Made by a program: the position numbers and the translations under genes
Origin: Desulfocapsa sulfexigens DSM 10523
Lineage (GTDB): Bacteria; Desulfobacterota; Desulfobulbia; Desulfobulbales; Desulfocapsaceae
Length of the DNA stretch: 32,000 nucleotides
Assembly: GCF_000341395.1 (NCBI RefSeq)
Contig: NC_020304.1
Span: 1,800,001 to 1,832,000 of the forward strand
Reading direction: 5' to 3'
Notes under the pieces: model-generated
The model's database searches: none
What the model was told of the DNA's origin: nothing
The model's input: only the letters and a program-made list of their open reading frames with translations
Shown: positions 9,364 through 19,080 of the stretch, piece after piece
Numbering within the stretch: the stretch's first letter is position 1
Layout: each line of letters starts with the position of its first letter

Positions 9364-10047
9364 ATGACTGAAGAAGTAGCCAAACAACGTGGACTGATAC
9401 GCCGTCTCTATGACTGGATGTTACACTGGGCTGACAGTAAGTATGGCCTGTTGGCTCTTGTTGGTCTCTCTTTTGCTGAGTCAAGTTTTTTTCCGATTCC
9501 TCCCGACGTGTTACTTATTGCTCTGGTTCTTGGAGCACCAACACGCTGGTATAACTATGCGTTCTGGTGCACTCTGGCCTCCGTGGCCGGGGGGCTGGCA
9601 GGCTATGGTATTGGAGTTTTTGCCTGGGATACGATGGGGCGTTGGATAGTTGAAAATGTGGCCCATGTGACCCTTGTGGATGTGAATGGACGGCTTGATA
9701 TCGCACTTCCGTCATATCTTGTTTCAAGTATGGGAAGCTCGCTTGGAGGAGAATACCTGTTTCAGGTCTATGATTACTGGAATGCCTGGATAGTCTTTAT
9801 TTTTGGTCTGACGCCTCTGCCGTATAAGTTGACCACCATCACAGCTGGGGTCGCCCATATCAACTTACCCATTTTTCTGATGGCGTCATTTGCTGCGAGG
9901 GCCTGTCGCTTTTTCGTGGTTGCCTGGCTTCTGCATAAGTGGGGCCCGCCTGCTAAGGAGTTTATAGACAAATATTTTAATATTCTCTGTATTTCCTTTG
10001 TTGTCCTGCTAATTGGTGGTTTTGCGGTCCTGAAATTCGTTTTTTAG
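9364..10047 (+). CDS. DedA/VTT (YqaA-like) family membrane protein
   Basis: 227 aa, hydrophobic; SFFPIPPDVLLIALVLG and ASVAGGLAGYGIGVFAWDTMG. Confidence 0.85.
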   Translation: MTEEVAKQRGLIRRLYDWMLHWADSKYGLLALVGLSFAESSFFPIPPDVLLIALVLGAPTRWYNYAFWCTLASVAGGLAGYGIGVFAWDTMGRWIVENVAHVTLVDVNGRLDIALPSYLVSSMGSSLGGEYLFQVYDYWNAWIVFIFGLTPLPYKLTTITAGVAHINLPIFLMASFAARACRFFVVAWLLHKWGPPAKEFIDKYFNILCISFVVLLIGGFAVLKFVF

Positions 10048-10061
10048 TTGTGAGGCTTACG

Positions 10062-10135
10062 CAAAAAAAAGTCCTGGTTCCTTGGCGGAAGTGATCCGGG
10101 CTCACCGGGCGTTTGCCTCATAGCGATCCCAGGAC
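10062..10135 (-). terminator. Possible terminator of the minus-strand amidohydrolase gene, overlapping its 3' end
   Basis: On the minus strand GTCCTGG (10135-10129) pairs with CCAGGAC (10077-10071) and is followed directly by eight T; loop is long (51 nt). Confidence 0.35.
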
Positions 10136-11425
10136 AGTGGCAAGATTTCGAACTTCTGTCATGCATTCATTGAGGTCAAACGAGAGAAATTTACGCTCCT
10201 TTAATACGATAGTTCCATTGATAATAACCGTTTCAATATCTGCTCCATTGCCACTGTAGACCAGGGAGTCTGCACTGTAAAAGGGTTGCAGGTGAGGCTC
10301 TGCCAGGTTGAGCAGGGTGATATCTGCTTTGTATCCTGGTTTGATTCTTCCAACGTCTGTAAGGCCCAGGATTCTCGCATTATTGACAGTCGCTGCTGCA
10401 AGAGCTTTTCTGGCTGGCATGGCTGTGGCGTCAAGTGTCCGCAGTTTCTGACTTTTAGCCAGGGTATCCATTTCCCGAAAGAGGTCCAGGCCGTTGTTGG
10501 AGGCACTTCCATCTGTTCCGAGTCCGATTGGAATCCCCATTGTGTCCATGGTGGATGTTGCTGCAATTCCCGATGCCAGCTTGAAGTGACTTTGCGGACA
10601 GACCACTACTCCTGCGCCGCTTTGCTGAATAATTTTTCTATCGTCTTCATCAAGCCAGATACCGTGAATAAGAACGGTGTTTTTGTCCAGGAGATCGAGG
10701 GCTGCAAGGTGGCGAATCGGGCTTGTTCCCTGCGGGTCCATAATGTTTCCCATCTCATCTCTACTTTCTGCAATATGAATGAAAAAAGGAACCTGATGTT
10801 CTGTGGCAAGAGCTTTTGCTGATTGCAGGGTCTTTGGAGAGCAGGTGTAGGGGGAGTGGGCGAATACCCCAGGGGTGATTCTGTCATCCCTGTCCTTCCA
10901 GTCGGTTAGAAAAATGTTTACGGTATCAATATTTGTTTTTGGGTCGACAACACCGGGGGCTGGGAAATCCACGATACCCTGAGCTGGGATGGCCCGCATT
11001 CCTGATTCAAGGAGTGCACGTGCCGCTTGGTCTTCATAGAAGTATCCGTCTGCCACAGTGGTTGTACCGGAGAGAATCATCTCGGCCGCAGCAAGTTTTG
11101 TGCACCAGTAGACCATTTCTGGATTCACATGAGCAGCTTCCGCAGGAAAGATGTGGTCGTTCAGCCATTCTCCAAGCTCAAGATCATCGGCAAGTCCACG
11201 AAACAGAGTCATTGCACAGTGATTGTGTGCATTTATCAGGCCTGGCATCAGCAGTTTCCCAGTTCCTTCAATCAGGGTAGTGTCTGGAATTTCAGGCATT
11301 GATTCCATAGATCCAGAGGAGTGGATCAGCTCATCCTTACATAAAAGCCACTGGTTTTCTTTAAGTGGTGTGTCCGGATCCGTGAAAAGAGTGACATTGC
11401 TGATTAGTATGGAAGTGTTGGGCAT
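10118..11425 (-). CDS. mtaD: Amidohydrolase, 5-methylthioadenosine/S-adenosylhomocysteine deaminase-like
   Basis: 435 aa; PGLINAHNHCAMTLFRGLADDLELGEWL, HIAES, IGLGTDGSASNNGLDLFREM. Substrate not determined. Confidence 0.85.
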   Translation of the reverse strand: MPNTSILISNVTLFTDPDTPLKENQWLLCKDELIHSSGSMESMPEIPDTTLIEGTGKLLMPGLINAHNHCAMTLFRGLADDLELGEWLNDHIFPAEAAHVNPEMVYWCTKLAAAEMILSGTTTVADGYFYEDQAARALLESGMRAIPAQGIVDFPAPGVVDPKTNIDTVNIFLTDWKDRDDRITPGVFAHSPYTCSPKTLQSAKALATEHQVPFFIHIAESRDEMGNIMDPQGTSPIRHLAALDLLDKNTVLIHGIWLDEDDRKIIQQSGAGVVVCPQSHFKLASGIAATSTMDTMGIPIGLGTDGSASNNGLDLFREMDTLAKSQKLRTLDATAMPARKALAAATVNNARILGLTDVGRIKPGYKADITLLNLAEPHLQPFYSADSLVYSGNGADIETVIINGTIVLKERKFLSFDLNECMTEVRNLATVLGSL

Positions 11426-11553
11426 GTGTTGATCCTTGCAAAAAAATGGGCTTTTTATCTTTGAGCAGGGTATACTATCCTATTTTAAATAATTTGTCTT
11501 TACGTTTGATATTACTAGTTTTTACGCCCTGTTAAGGATGCAAGGAGTTATGT

Positions 11554-12651
11554 ATGGGTTTTCGTTGTGGGATCGTTGGGCTTCCAAATGTCGGGAAGTC
11601 TACAATTTTTAATGCTTTAACTGCTGCTGGTATTGATGCTGAAAATTATCCTTTTTGCACCATTGAGCCAAACGTGGGGATTGTGCCTGTACCGGATAAG
11701 CGCCTGGATGTGCTGGCTGAGATGGCCAATACAAGACGCAAGGTGGCCACCCAGATGGAGTTTGTGGATATTGCAGGTCTGGTGAAGGGAGCCAGTCAGG
11801 GTGAAGGTCTTGGAAATCAATTCCTCGGTCATATAAGACAGGTGGATGCCCTTGTGCATGTGATTCGCTGTTTTGAGGATGAGAATATTGTCCATGTGGA
11901 TGGCTCTATAGATCCGGTCAGAGATAAAGAGGTGATCACCATGGAGCTGATTCTTGCAGATCTTGATACCGTGGAGAAACGGCTCAGGAAGGCTCAGTCC
12001 CTGGCAAAGTCCGGTGATAAAAAACTGAAGGCCCAGGCTGTTTTTCTTGAGCGTCTCCGTGATGTGCTCGATAGTGGTGCATCTGCCAGAACCCTTGAGC
12101 CTGAAGGGGATATGGAAAAAGAGATGATGAAAGAGATGTGTCTTCTGACTGACAAGCCTGTTCTCTATGTGGCCAATGTCAAGGAAGAGGATGTGACAGA
12201 TGGAAATGAGCATGTCCGGGCCCTTGAAAGACTCGCTCAGGAAGATGGTGATGGAGTAGTTATCATAGCTGGCTCAATCGAACAGGAGTTGAGCCAGCTG
12301 GACCAGGAGGAGAGGCAGGAATTCCTCGCCGACATGGGAATGGAAGAGCCGGGACTGAACCGGTTGATCGCTGCCGGTTATAAATTACTTGGCCTGATCA
12401 CCTATTTTACTGTTGGTGAAAAAGAGACCAGGGCCTGGACGATCTCTCGTGGAACTAAGGCGCCGGGAGCAGCAGGGAAAATACATTCTGATTTCCAACG
12501 GGGTTTTATTCGTGCCGAAACCATAAGCTATGATGATTTTGTTGCCTGTGATGGTGAAAGCGGGGCTAAGGAAAAAGGGGTAATGCGCTCCGAGGGAAAG
12601 GAATATGTCGTGGCAGACGGTGATTGTCTGAATTTTCGCTTTAATGTTTAA
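11554..12651 (+). CDS. ychF: Redox-regulated ATPase/GTPase YchF (OLA1 family)
   Basis: 365 aa; [54 protein letters not shown]. Confidence 0.98.
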   Translation: MGFRCGIVGLPNVGKSTIFNALTAAGIDAENYPFCTIEPNVGIVPVPDKRLDVLAEMANTRRKVATQMEFVDIAGLVKGASQGEGLGNQFLGHIRQVDALVHVIRCFEDENIVHVDGSIDPVRDKEVITMELILADLDTVEKRLRKAQSLAKSGDKKLKAQAVFLERLRDVLDSGASARTLEPEGDMEKEMMKEMCLLTDKPVLYVANVKEEDVTDGNEHVRALERLAQEDGDGVVIIAGSIEQELSQLDQEERQEFLADMGMEEPGLNRLIAAGYKLLGLITYFTVGEKETRAWTISRGTKAPGAAGKIHSDFQRGFIRAETISYDDFVACDGESGAKEKGVMRSEGKEYVVADGDCLNFRFNV

Positions 12652-12666
12652 GGGAAATTTCCTGAG

Positions 12667-13668
12667 ATGCACTTTCATCAACCCTCTGATACTCCATTTC
12701 GCATAGCCAGGAAGCCTTTTTATGGTCAGCAGCAGGCAAAGAATCTGCTGCGCAGAAGTCTTGCTGCAGATCGTCTGGCCCATGCCTATCTTTTTCGGGG
12801 GCCGGAAGGTGTCGGCAAACAGCTGTTTGCAAGGGGGCTTACAGCTGCGGTTAACTGTAACCACAGACAGGATCTCTCTGCCTGTGGTGTCTGTTCCTCC
12901 TGTAAAAAGTTCGCAGCAGGCACACATCCTGACTTTCTTCTTGTCTCTCCGGAAAAGGGGACTATCAAGATTGCGCAGATCCGAAAACTCATCAAGGATC
13001 TCTCCTTTGCGCCCTATGAAGCTGGGACACGTGTGGTACTTATTGAAGATGTACACACAATGCGCCAGGAGGCGGCAAACAGTCTCCTGAAAACACTTGA
13101 GGAGCCACCTCCCAACAATCTTCTGATTTTAACTGCAGATTCGGCTGGACATGTATTGCAGACAATTCTTTCCAGGTGTCAGACAGTGCCCTTTTATCCA
13201 CTGAGCTTTACGGAGACAGTGGAGGTTCTGAGGGGGCAGGATGATAAGCTGGATCTGCAGACAGCTGTGCTCCTGGCCAGGCTGGCTGAAGGTAGTCCTG
13301 GCAGAGCTCAACTGTTTCAGCAGCTTGATCTCGTTGGAGTCTGGCAGGATCTTCTTGCCGTGCTTACTGTGCAGGGGAGTGACGAAGCTCTGGATGTCAG
13401 CAGGATATTGATGATGGCAGAATCGATGGCTGCCCTGAAGGAGAATTTACCTCATCTCTTTTCACTTGTCAGGCTCTGGATTAGAGATTGTCTCTTCGAA
13501 ATTCATGGGCAACGAGTGGATACAGAGACTCTGAATACACGGAAAGACTGGAATTCCGAACAGTATTTTGCTAAACTGCAGGCGATCAGTCAGGCAGAAA
13601 AAGAACTTGCCCGAAATTGTAACCGGACACTTGTGTGTGAAGTGCTTCTCTTTCGGCTGAAAGAATAG
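12667..13668 (+). CDS. holB: DNA polymerase III delta' subunit
   Basis: 333 aa; AHAYLFRGPEGVGKQLFARGL, zinc cysteines CGVCSSC, NSLLKTLEEPPPNNLLILTADSAGHVLQTILSRCQTV. Confidence 0.92.
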   Translation: MHFHQPSDTPFRIARKPFYGQQQAKNLLRRSLAADRLAHAYLFRGPEGVGKQLFARGLTAAVNCNHRQDLSACGVCSSCKKFAAGTHPDFLLVSPEKGTIKIAQIRKLIKDLSFAPYEAGTRVVLIEDVHTMRQEAANSLLKTLEEPPPNNLLILTADSAGHVLQTILSRCQTVPFYPLSFTETVEVLRGQDDKLDLQTAVLLARLAEGSPGRAQLFQQLDLVGVWQDLLAVLTVQGSDEALDVSRILMMAESMAALKENLPHLFSLVRLWIRDCLFEIHGQRVDTETLNTRKDWNSEQYFAKLQAISQAEKELARNCNRTLVCEVLLFRLKE

Positions 13669-13676
13669 AAGGAATT

Positions 13677-14609
13677 ATGGCAGACCAACAGCAACACAAT
13701 GAGAGCATTCAGCTCGAACCCGAAACGAAGAAGGAAGCAGCAGTACAGTATTTTTATCGTTTTCGGTTTCGCGCCAAAGGCCAGGAATTTACAGCATCGT
13801 CCATTCTCGATGATTTGAAAAAAGGTGAAGTGGTGATGGTGCGGGGGGAATTTGGATTGGAACCGGCCGAGATTGTCTGCATGGCTCCAGCCTGTCGTGA
13901 CTCGGAAGTAGCGCGACTGGCGAGCTACGAAATTTCACGTCGTGCTGCCCATGAAGAGTGTAATCGTTATGAAAATATTCCCATTGAAGAAGCAGCTGCT
14001 TTTGTATCCTGTAAGGAATTGATACTTCGTCACGCGCTGCAGATGCGTCTTGTTCGGGTGGAACGCTTTTTTAATGGCAGTAAGATGATTTTTTATTTTA
14101 CTGCAGATAAGCGTGTGGATTTCAGGGCTTTGGTCAAGGATCTGGTGCAGGAATTCAGGACCCGAGTAGAAATGCGTCAGGTTGGAGTGCGTCATGAGAC
14201 TAAGATGATTGGAGGGTTGGGGACATGCGGTAGAGAACTCTGCTGTTCAGGGCATATGAAAAAATTTGATTCCGTCTCCATCAAGATGGCTAAGGAGCAG
14301 GATCTGCCTTTAAACCCGTCAAAGATTTCCGGTGTTTGTAATAGGCTGCTCTGTTGTTTGACATATGAGTTTGAGACGTACAGAAGAGAACGTAAGGGAA
14401 TGCCCCGTCCTGGAAAAAAAATTATGGTTGACGGCCACTGCTATCGGGTGAGGCGTCAAAATCCTCTACAGTCAACCCTGCAGGTAGTAGATGAAGAGGG
14501 TGAAGTTCGGCTTTTAGAGGCAGAACAATGGACGAACGCTGAGTCGGTAAAACCGGAAAAGAAAACGAATAGAGGAAAAAAAGACAAGAAGACTGGTGAA
14601 GAGGAGTAA
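13677..14609 (+). CDS. ricT: PSP1 domain protein, RicT/YaaT-like
   Basis: 310 aa; GGLGTCGRELCCSGHM and CNRLLCCLTYEFETY; located directly after holB as in Firmicutes. Confidence 0.88.
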   Translation: MADQQQHNESIQLEPETKKEAAVQYFYRFRFRAKGQEFTASSILDDLKKGEVVMVRGEFGLEPAEIVCMAPACRDSEVARLASYEISRRAAHEECNRYENIPIEEAAAFVSCKELILRHALQMRLVRVERFFNGSKMIFYFTADKRVDFRALVKDLVQEFRTRVEMRQVGVRHETKMIGGLGTCGRELCCSGHMKKFDSVSIKMAKEQDLPLNPSKISGVCNRLLCCLTYEFETYRRERKGMPRPGKKIMVDGHCYRVRRQNPLQSTLQVVDEEGEVRLLEAEQWTNAESVKPEKKTNRGKKDKKTGEEE

Positions 14610-14640
14610 CTTTCACTCTGTCTGAGAGTATTTTTATACA

Positions 14641-16587
14641 ATGACAACTTATATCACAACCCCAATTTATTACGTAAATGCCCAGCCGCATCTGGGGCAC
14701 GCCTATACCACCATCGTCGCTGATACCTATGCCAGATTTCGGCGTTTGAGCGGGGATACAGTCAGATTCCAGACTGGAACCGATGAACATGGTGACAAGA
14801 TAGCAGAAGCAGCAGCAAAGGAAGGAGAGAGCCCTAAGCAGTATGTTGATCGAATCAGTGGGATGTTCCGTGAAACCTGGCCACTGCTCGATATTGCTCC
14901 GGATCATTTCATTCGTACCACCGATAGTGATCATGTGGCTACGGTCCAGTCTATACTGCAGCAGGTCTATGATAAGGGTGATATCTATTTTGATCAATAT
15001 TCTGGTTTGTACTGCACGGGTTGTGAGCGATTTCTGACGGAAAAGGAACTGGTTGATGGGAAATGTCCGGATCATCAGACCACGCCCAATGAATTAGCTG
15101 AAGAGAATTATTTTTTCCGGATGTCAAAGTATCAGCAGGAACTGATTGATCACATTCATGCTCATCCGGACTTTATAACGCCGGAGCGCTACAGGAATGA
15201 AGTGCTCTCCTTTTTGAGCGAGCCTCTGGAGGATCTCTGTATTTCACGACCAACTTCACGCCTTACCTGGGGGATTCCTCTGCCCTTTGATGAAAACTTT
15301 GTAACCTATGTCTGGTTTGATGCCCTCATCAATTATCTTACCGGGATTGGCTATCCGGATGGAGATCAGTTTGCAGAGTACTGGGCTGTCGCTGAGCACG
15401 TGATAGCCAAGGACATTCTGAAACCTCATGCTATTTACTGGCCAACCATGATACTTGCCATGGGGCTGCCGCTCTATCGAAAACTCCATGTCCATGGTTA
15501 CTGGAATGTAGAAGACACCAAGATGTCCAAAAGTATAGGGAATGTTGTGCGACCTGCTGAACTTATCGAAGAGTATGGGGTGGATAGTATCCGTTATTTT
15601 ACCCTGCGCGAGATGTCTTTTGGACTGGATGCATCGTTCAGCTCCGATGCAATTATTGCAAGAAAAAATTCAGATCTTGCAAATGATCTTGGTAATCTCT
15701 ACAGCCGCTCTACAGCAATGCTGTTTAAGTACACCGACGGTGTGGTGCCGCTGCCAGTGAGTGCCGATGATGATAACGTTCTTTCGGATCTTGCGGAAAA
15801 AGTTTTTTCCACATATCGGGAGGCCATGAATACTTTTCAGTTTCACCGTGGTCTCCAGGCAATATGGGAGCTGATCAGTCAGGCCAATAAATATATTGTA
15901 ACAAATGAGCCATGGACTCTTGTCAAAGATCCGGGGCAGATTGGTCGTCTGCATACTGTGCTGTATAATCTTGCAGAAACCCTGCGTATACTCACTCTGC
16001 TTCTTCAGCCGGTGATGCCTGGAACCTGTAAAAAAATGGCAGAAGGTCTCGGACTTGAAGAAGACAGTGCGTTAATCCAGGATTTGATGCTAAACGGTGG
16101 CTGGGGGAAACTTGAGCCGAAGACTGTGTTGCAGAAAAGTGATGCGCTTTTTCCGCGGGTTGATACAAAAAAGAAGCAACAGCATCTGGAGCAGGAATCC
16201 CAAAAGAATACAAAGAAGGCAGCAAAGAAAAAGCAGCAGGAGGAAAAAACCGAGGGAGTAATTAGCTTTGACCAGTTTCAGAAGGTTGAATTACGGGTGG
16301 CTGAAATTGTGACTGCCGAAGCCGTTAAGAAGTCTGATCGCTTGTTAAAACTCACGGTTAGAGCCCCTGAAGAGCGGGTTATCGTAGCTGGGATCGCGGA
16401 ATTTTATCAACCGGAGGATCTTCCAGGTATGCAGGTACTGATTGTGGCAAACCTGCAGCCTGTGAAGCTTATGGGTGTGGAATCCCAGGGGATGGTACTT
16501 GCGGCAAAGACAGAGGTGGATGGTAAAAATCGCCTGGTGCTTTCCGCGGTAAGTGCACCAGTTCCGCCGGGCTCACGTGTCGCCTGA
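14641..16587 (+). CDS. metG: Methionyl-tRNA synthetase with C-terminal tRNA-binding domain
   Basis: 648 aa; PIYYVNAQPHLGHAYTTIVAD, KMSKSIGNVV, C-terminal ELRVAEIVTAEAVKKSDRLLKLTV. Confidence 0.98.
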   Translation: MTTYITTPIYYVNAQPHLGHAYTTIVADTYARFRRLSGDTVRFQTGTDEHGDKIAEAAAKEGESPKQYVDRISGMFRETWPLLDIAPDHFIRTTDSDHVATVQSILQQVYDKGDIYFDQYSGLYCTGCERFLTEKELVDGKCPDHQTTPNELAEENYFFRMSKYQQELIDHIHAHPDFITPERYRNEVLSFLSEPLEDLCISRPTSRLTWGIPLPFDENFVTYVWFDALINYLTGIGYPDGDQFAEYWAVAEHVIAKDILKPHAIYWPTMILAMGLPLYRKLHVHGYWNVEDTKMSKSIGNVVRPAELIEEYGVDSIRYFTLREMSFGLDASFSSDAIIARKNSDLANDLGNLYSRSTAMLFKYTDGVVPLPVSADDDNVLSDLAEKVFSTYREAMNTFQFHRGLQAIWELISQANKYIVTNEPWTLVKDPGQIGRLHTVLYNLAETLRILTLLLQPVMPGTCKKMAEGLGLEEDSALIQDLMLNGGWGKLEPKTVLQKSDALFPRVDTKKKQQHLEQESQKNTKKAAKKKQQEEKTEGVISFDQFQKVELRVAEIVTAEAVKKSDRLLKLTVRAPEERVIVAGIAEFYQPEDLPGMQVLIVANLQPVKLMGVESQGMVLAAKTEVDGKNRLVLSAVSAPVPPGSRVA

Positions 16588-16619
16588 GGCGTACTCAAAA
16601 ATAATTATGGAGTTGTACA

Positions 16620-16919
16620 ATGTTTGTTGTGAATAATTTTATGATGGCCATAGCCCAGTTGATTGATTTTCTACTTACGGCTTATATGTGGATCATCATT
16701 GGTAGAGCGGTCATATCTTGGGTCAATGCTGATCCTTATAATCCCATTGTTCGTTTTTTGTATGATGTAACTGAGCCTTTGTTGAGTCGCATCAGGCGCG
16801 TCATTCCCATGAGTATGGGAGGGATAGATTTTTCTCCCATGATTTTAATTATGGCGATTATGTTTCTTCAGAGTTTTCTGGTGCCTACCCTGAAACAGTT
16901 GGCAACAGCAATGGGTTAG
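16620..16919 (+). CDS. yggT: YggT family membrane protein
   Basis: 99 aa; SWVNADPYNPIVRFLYDVTEPLLSRIRRVIP. Confidence 0.92.
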   Translation: MFVVNNFMMAIAQLIDFLLTAYMWIIIGRAVISWVNADPYNPIVRFLYDVTEPLLSRIRRVIPMSMGGIDFSPMILIMAIMFLQSFLVPTLKQLATAMG

Positions 16920-16932
16920 AGAGGAATTTACT

Positions 16933-17961
16933 ATGGCTATCACTCCGCAATTAATTAAGGATCAGGAATTTCAGATTAAATTCAGAGGATGCGATCCACT
17001 GGAAGTAAGAGATTATCTGGAGACTATTGCTGATGAGTTTTTTGAACTACAGCAGCAGTGTAAAGAGCAGGCGGAAGAGCTTGAAGTTCTGCGGAAGGAC
17101 AGGGAAGCTTCAAAAGATTATACCGGGTCTCTGGAAACCGATATGGAGTTTACCAGAAAAATTTCTGAAGAGCTCAAAGATGGCTGTGCCCAAAAGGAAG
17201 AAAAAGTCAGGGAATTGAGCAGAGAGATTGAAGAGTTACAGCTGCGAATTGCCGATATGGAGCAAGAAAATGCTGAGCGCGACGAAGAGGTGAGTGCGGC
17301 CAATGCCAGAATTGATGAGGCTGAGGCGGCCTTAAAAGTTGTTGAGAAAGAAAAGAGCAGTCTGCAGAATAAGCTGGAAATTCTTCAGGAACAAAACAGT
17401 GATTTGAAAAAAGAGGAGGTTGACTTTAAGGCAGCACTCGCAACTGCTCAGCAGTTTGCTGAAGACCTCAAGGAAAAAAGTAGAATACAGGCCGCAGAGA
17501 TGATTGCCGAGGCCAAATCTGAAATTAACAGGATTCGTGATGAAGCTCACGAGGAGTTAGAACGTCTGCCACGCGAAATCGATGCCTTGAAAAAGAAAAA
17601 GGGAGAGGTCAAGGAGAACTTGAAATCCACCCTTACAAGTTACCTGGAAACCATTGAAGTGTTTTATCCGGATGACGAGGAGGAAGATCGTGCAGTTACT
17701 GAAGGTGAGGGTGGCGATGAAGAGAAGCACGAGGAGAACGAACTTTTTCAGAAAGTTATGATTAATGATGACGGCTCAATTGCTTCTGAAGACCTTGATA
17801 AATTAAATGCTGATTCAACCTATTCAGGGAGCAGTATGGACGAAAATGTTCTTGATTCTCTCTTTAGAGAGGGCGATGCTGGTGAAAAGGGTGATGATGC
17901 TTTCAGTCTGAATGATATGTTCAATCTGGAAACAGATGTGGATAAAAAGAAATCTTCCTAA
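16933..17961 (+). CDS. DivIVA domain coiled-coil protein with acidic C-terminus
   Basis: 342 aa; N-terminal LIKDQEFQIKFRGCDPLEVRDYLETIADEF followed by long coiled coil; adjacent to yggT. Confidence 0.82.
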   Translation: MAITPQLIKDQEFQIKFRGCDPLEVRDYLETIADEFFELQQQCKEQAEELEVLRKDREASKDYTGSLETDMEFTRKISEELKDGCAQKEEKVRELSREIEELQLRIADMEQENAERDEEVSAANARIDEAEAALKVVEKEKSSLQNKLEILQEQNSDLKKEEVDFKAALATAQQFAEDLKEKSRIQAAEMIAEAKSEINRIRDEAHEELERLPREIDALKKKKGEVKENLKSTLTSYLETIEVFYPDDEEEDRAVTEGEGGDEEKHEENELFQKVMINDDGSIASEDLDKLNADSTYSGSSMDENVLDSLFREGDAGEKGDDAFSLNDMFNLETDVDKKKSS

Positions 17962-17970
17962 TGAAGAAAG

Positions 17971-18273
17971 TTGATGCCTTATCTCTCAAACACCGGGGAC
18001 GGTTGTCTGCTGCTGAGAGTGTATGTCCAGCCACGAGCATCTCGTAACAGTTTTGCGGGATTACACGACAATGCAATGAGGCTTACCATCACCGCGCCTC
18101 CTGTGGATGGTAAGGCCAACGCCGCAGTAATTCAGTTTCTTGCCTCATTTCTCAATGTAAAAAAGAAGGATCTGGAAATTAAACACGGCCTGCAGTCTCG
18201 AAATAAAAGTGTTCTGATTAAAGGACTGAGTGCAGAGTATATCAGGTCTAAGGTAGAAGCTGTTTCAGCATGA
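17971..18273 (+). CDS. yggU: DUF167/YggU family protein
   Basis: 100 aa; VYVQPRASRNSFAG, LRLTITAPPVDGKANAAVIQFLA-like core. Start is TTG 17971 or ATG 17974. Confidence 0.9.
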   Translation: MMPYLSNTGDGCLLLRVYVQPRASRNSFAGLHDNAMRLTITAPPVDGKANAAVIQFLASFLNVKKKDLEIKHGLQSRNKSVLIKGLSAEYIRSKVEAVSA

Positions 18274-18294
18274 ACAATTGCTCTGGAGGTATGA

Positions 18295-18993
18295 ATGAAA
18301 AAGTATGTAATTGGAAACTGGAAAAGCAATAAGACCAGAAAGGCTGCCCAGGAATGGTTTGCCGAATTTGCTGATCTTTATCGCCCGGTGGATGGTTTAG
18401 AAGTTATTGTTGCACCTTCTTTTATTTGTCTTTGCAGTTTATCAGAGTATGTTCAGGCTCTTGAGTTGATTAATTTTTCTCTTGCTGCTCAGGATGTTTC
18501 TCCTTTCCCCAAAGGTTCCTATACGGGTGCCGTGGCTGCGGATATGATAAGGGGAATGGTTGAGTATGTGATCATCGGCCATTCAGAACGAAGGCGCTAT
18601 TTTCACGAAACCTCCCAGGACACAGCAAACAAGATGTCAGAGACGGTGGCTGCTGGTCTCAGGCCCATTGTCTGCATTGATCAACCCTATGCCATGTCTC
18701 AACTCACCGCTTTCAATGATATCGATTGTGATGAACTGCTTATTGCGTATGGTCCAAAGGAAGCAGCAATGGCAAGAATCCCCGAGCAGCCGAAGCGTGT
18801 GGCAGAGGCGGCGCAGTTTATCAGCCAGGTGCAGGTAAATAGGCCCATCGTGTATGGAGGTTCGTTGCTGGTTGAGAATGTGGATGAGTATATTGCGCTT
18901 CCGGAGCTTTCAGGGCTCCTTATCGGGCAATCAAGCCTTGATGCGAGATCTTTTGCAGGGATATGCAATAAGGTCGGTGATTTTCTCAAATAA
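18295..18993 (+). CDS. Triosephosphate isomerase-like protein, probable non-canonical active site
   Basis: 232 aa; YVIGNWKSNKT, YVIIGHSERRRYF, IVYGGSLLVENVDEY, LLIGQSSLDARSFAGI, but AYGPKEAAMARIPEQ replaces AYEPVWAIGTG. Confidence 0.85.
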   Translation: MKKYVIGNWKSNKTRKAAQEWFAEFADLYRPVDGLEVIVAPSFICLCSLSEYVQALELINFSLAAQDVSPFPKGSYTGAVAADMIRGMVEYVIIGHSERRRYFHETSQDTANKMSETVAAGLRPIVCIDQPYAMSQLTAFNDIDCDELLIAYGPKEAAMARIPEQPKRVAEAAQFISQVQVNRPIVYGGSLLVENVDEYIALPELSGLLIGQSSLDARSFAGICNKVGDFLK

Positions 18994-19080
18994 TTCGCCA
19001 TTCTCAGTGATGTCGGATAGCTACTGGCTGCGTGGGCTTTTTAACCTGATTCCGTCACCTTGACTTTACCAGCTTCCCGG

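Noticed and set aside
11617-12213. Minus-strand 198-aa ORF
   Set aside because: Antisense shadow of ychF; ychF itself has clear family motifs.
12385-13056. Minus-strand 223-aa ORF
   Set aside because: Antisense to the end of ychF and the start of holB, no independent support.
14422-15075. Minus-strand 217-aa ORF
   Set aside because: Antisense to the end of ricT and start of metG; composition looks like a shadow frame.
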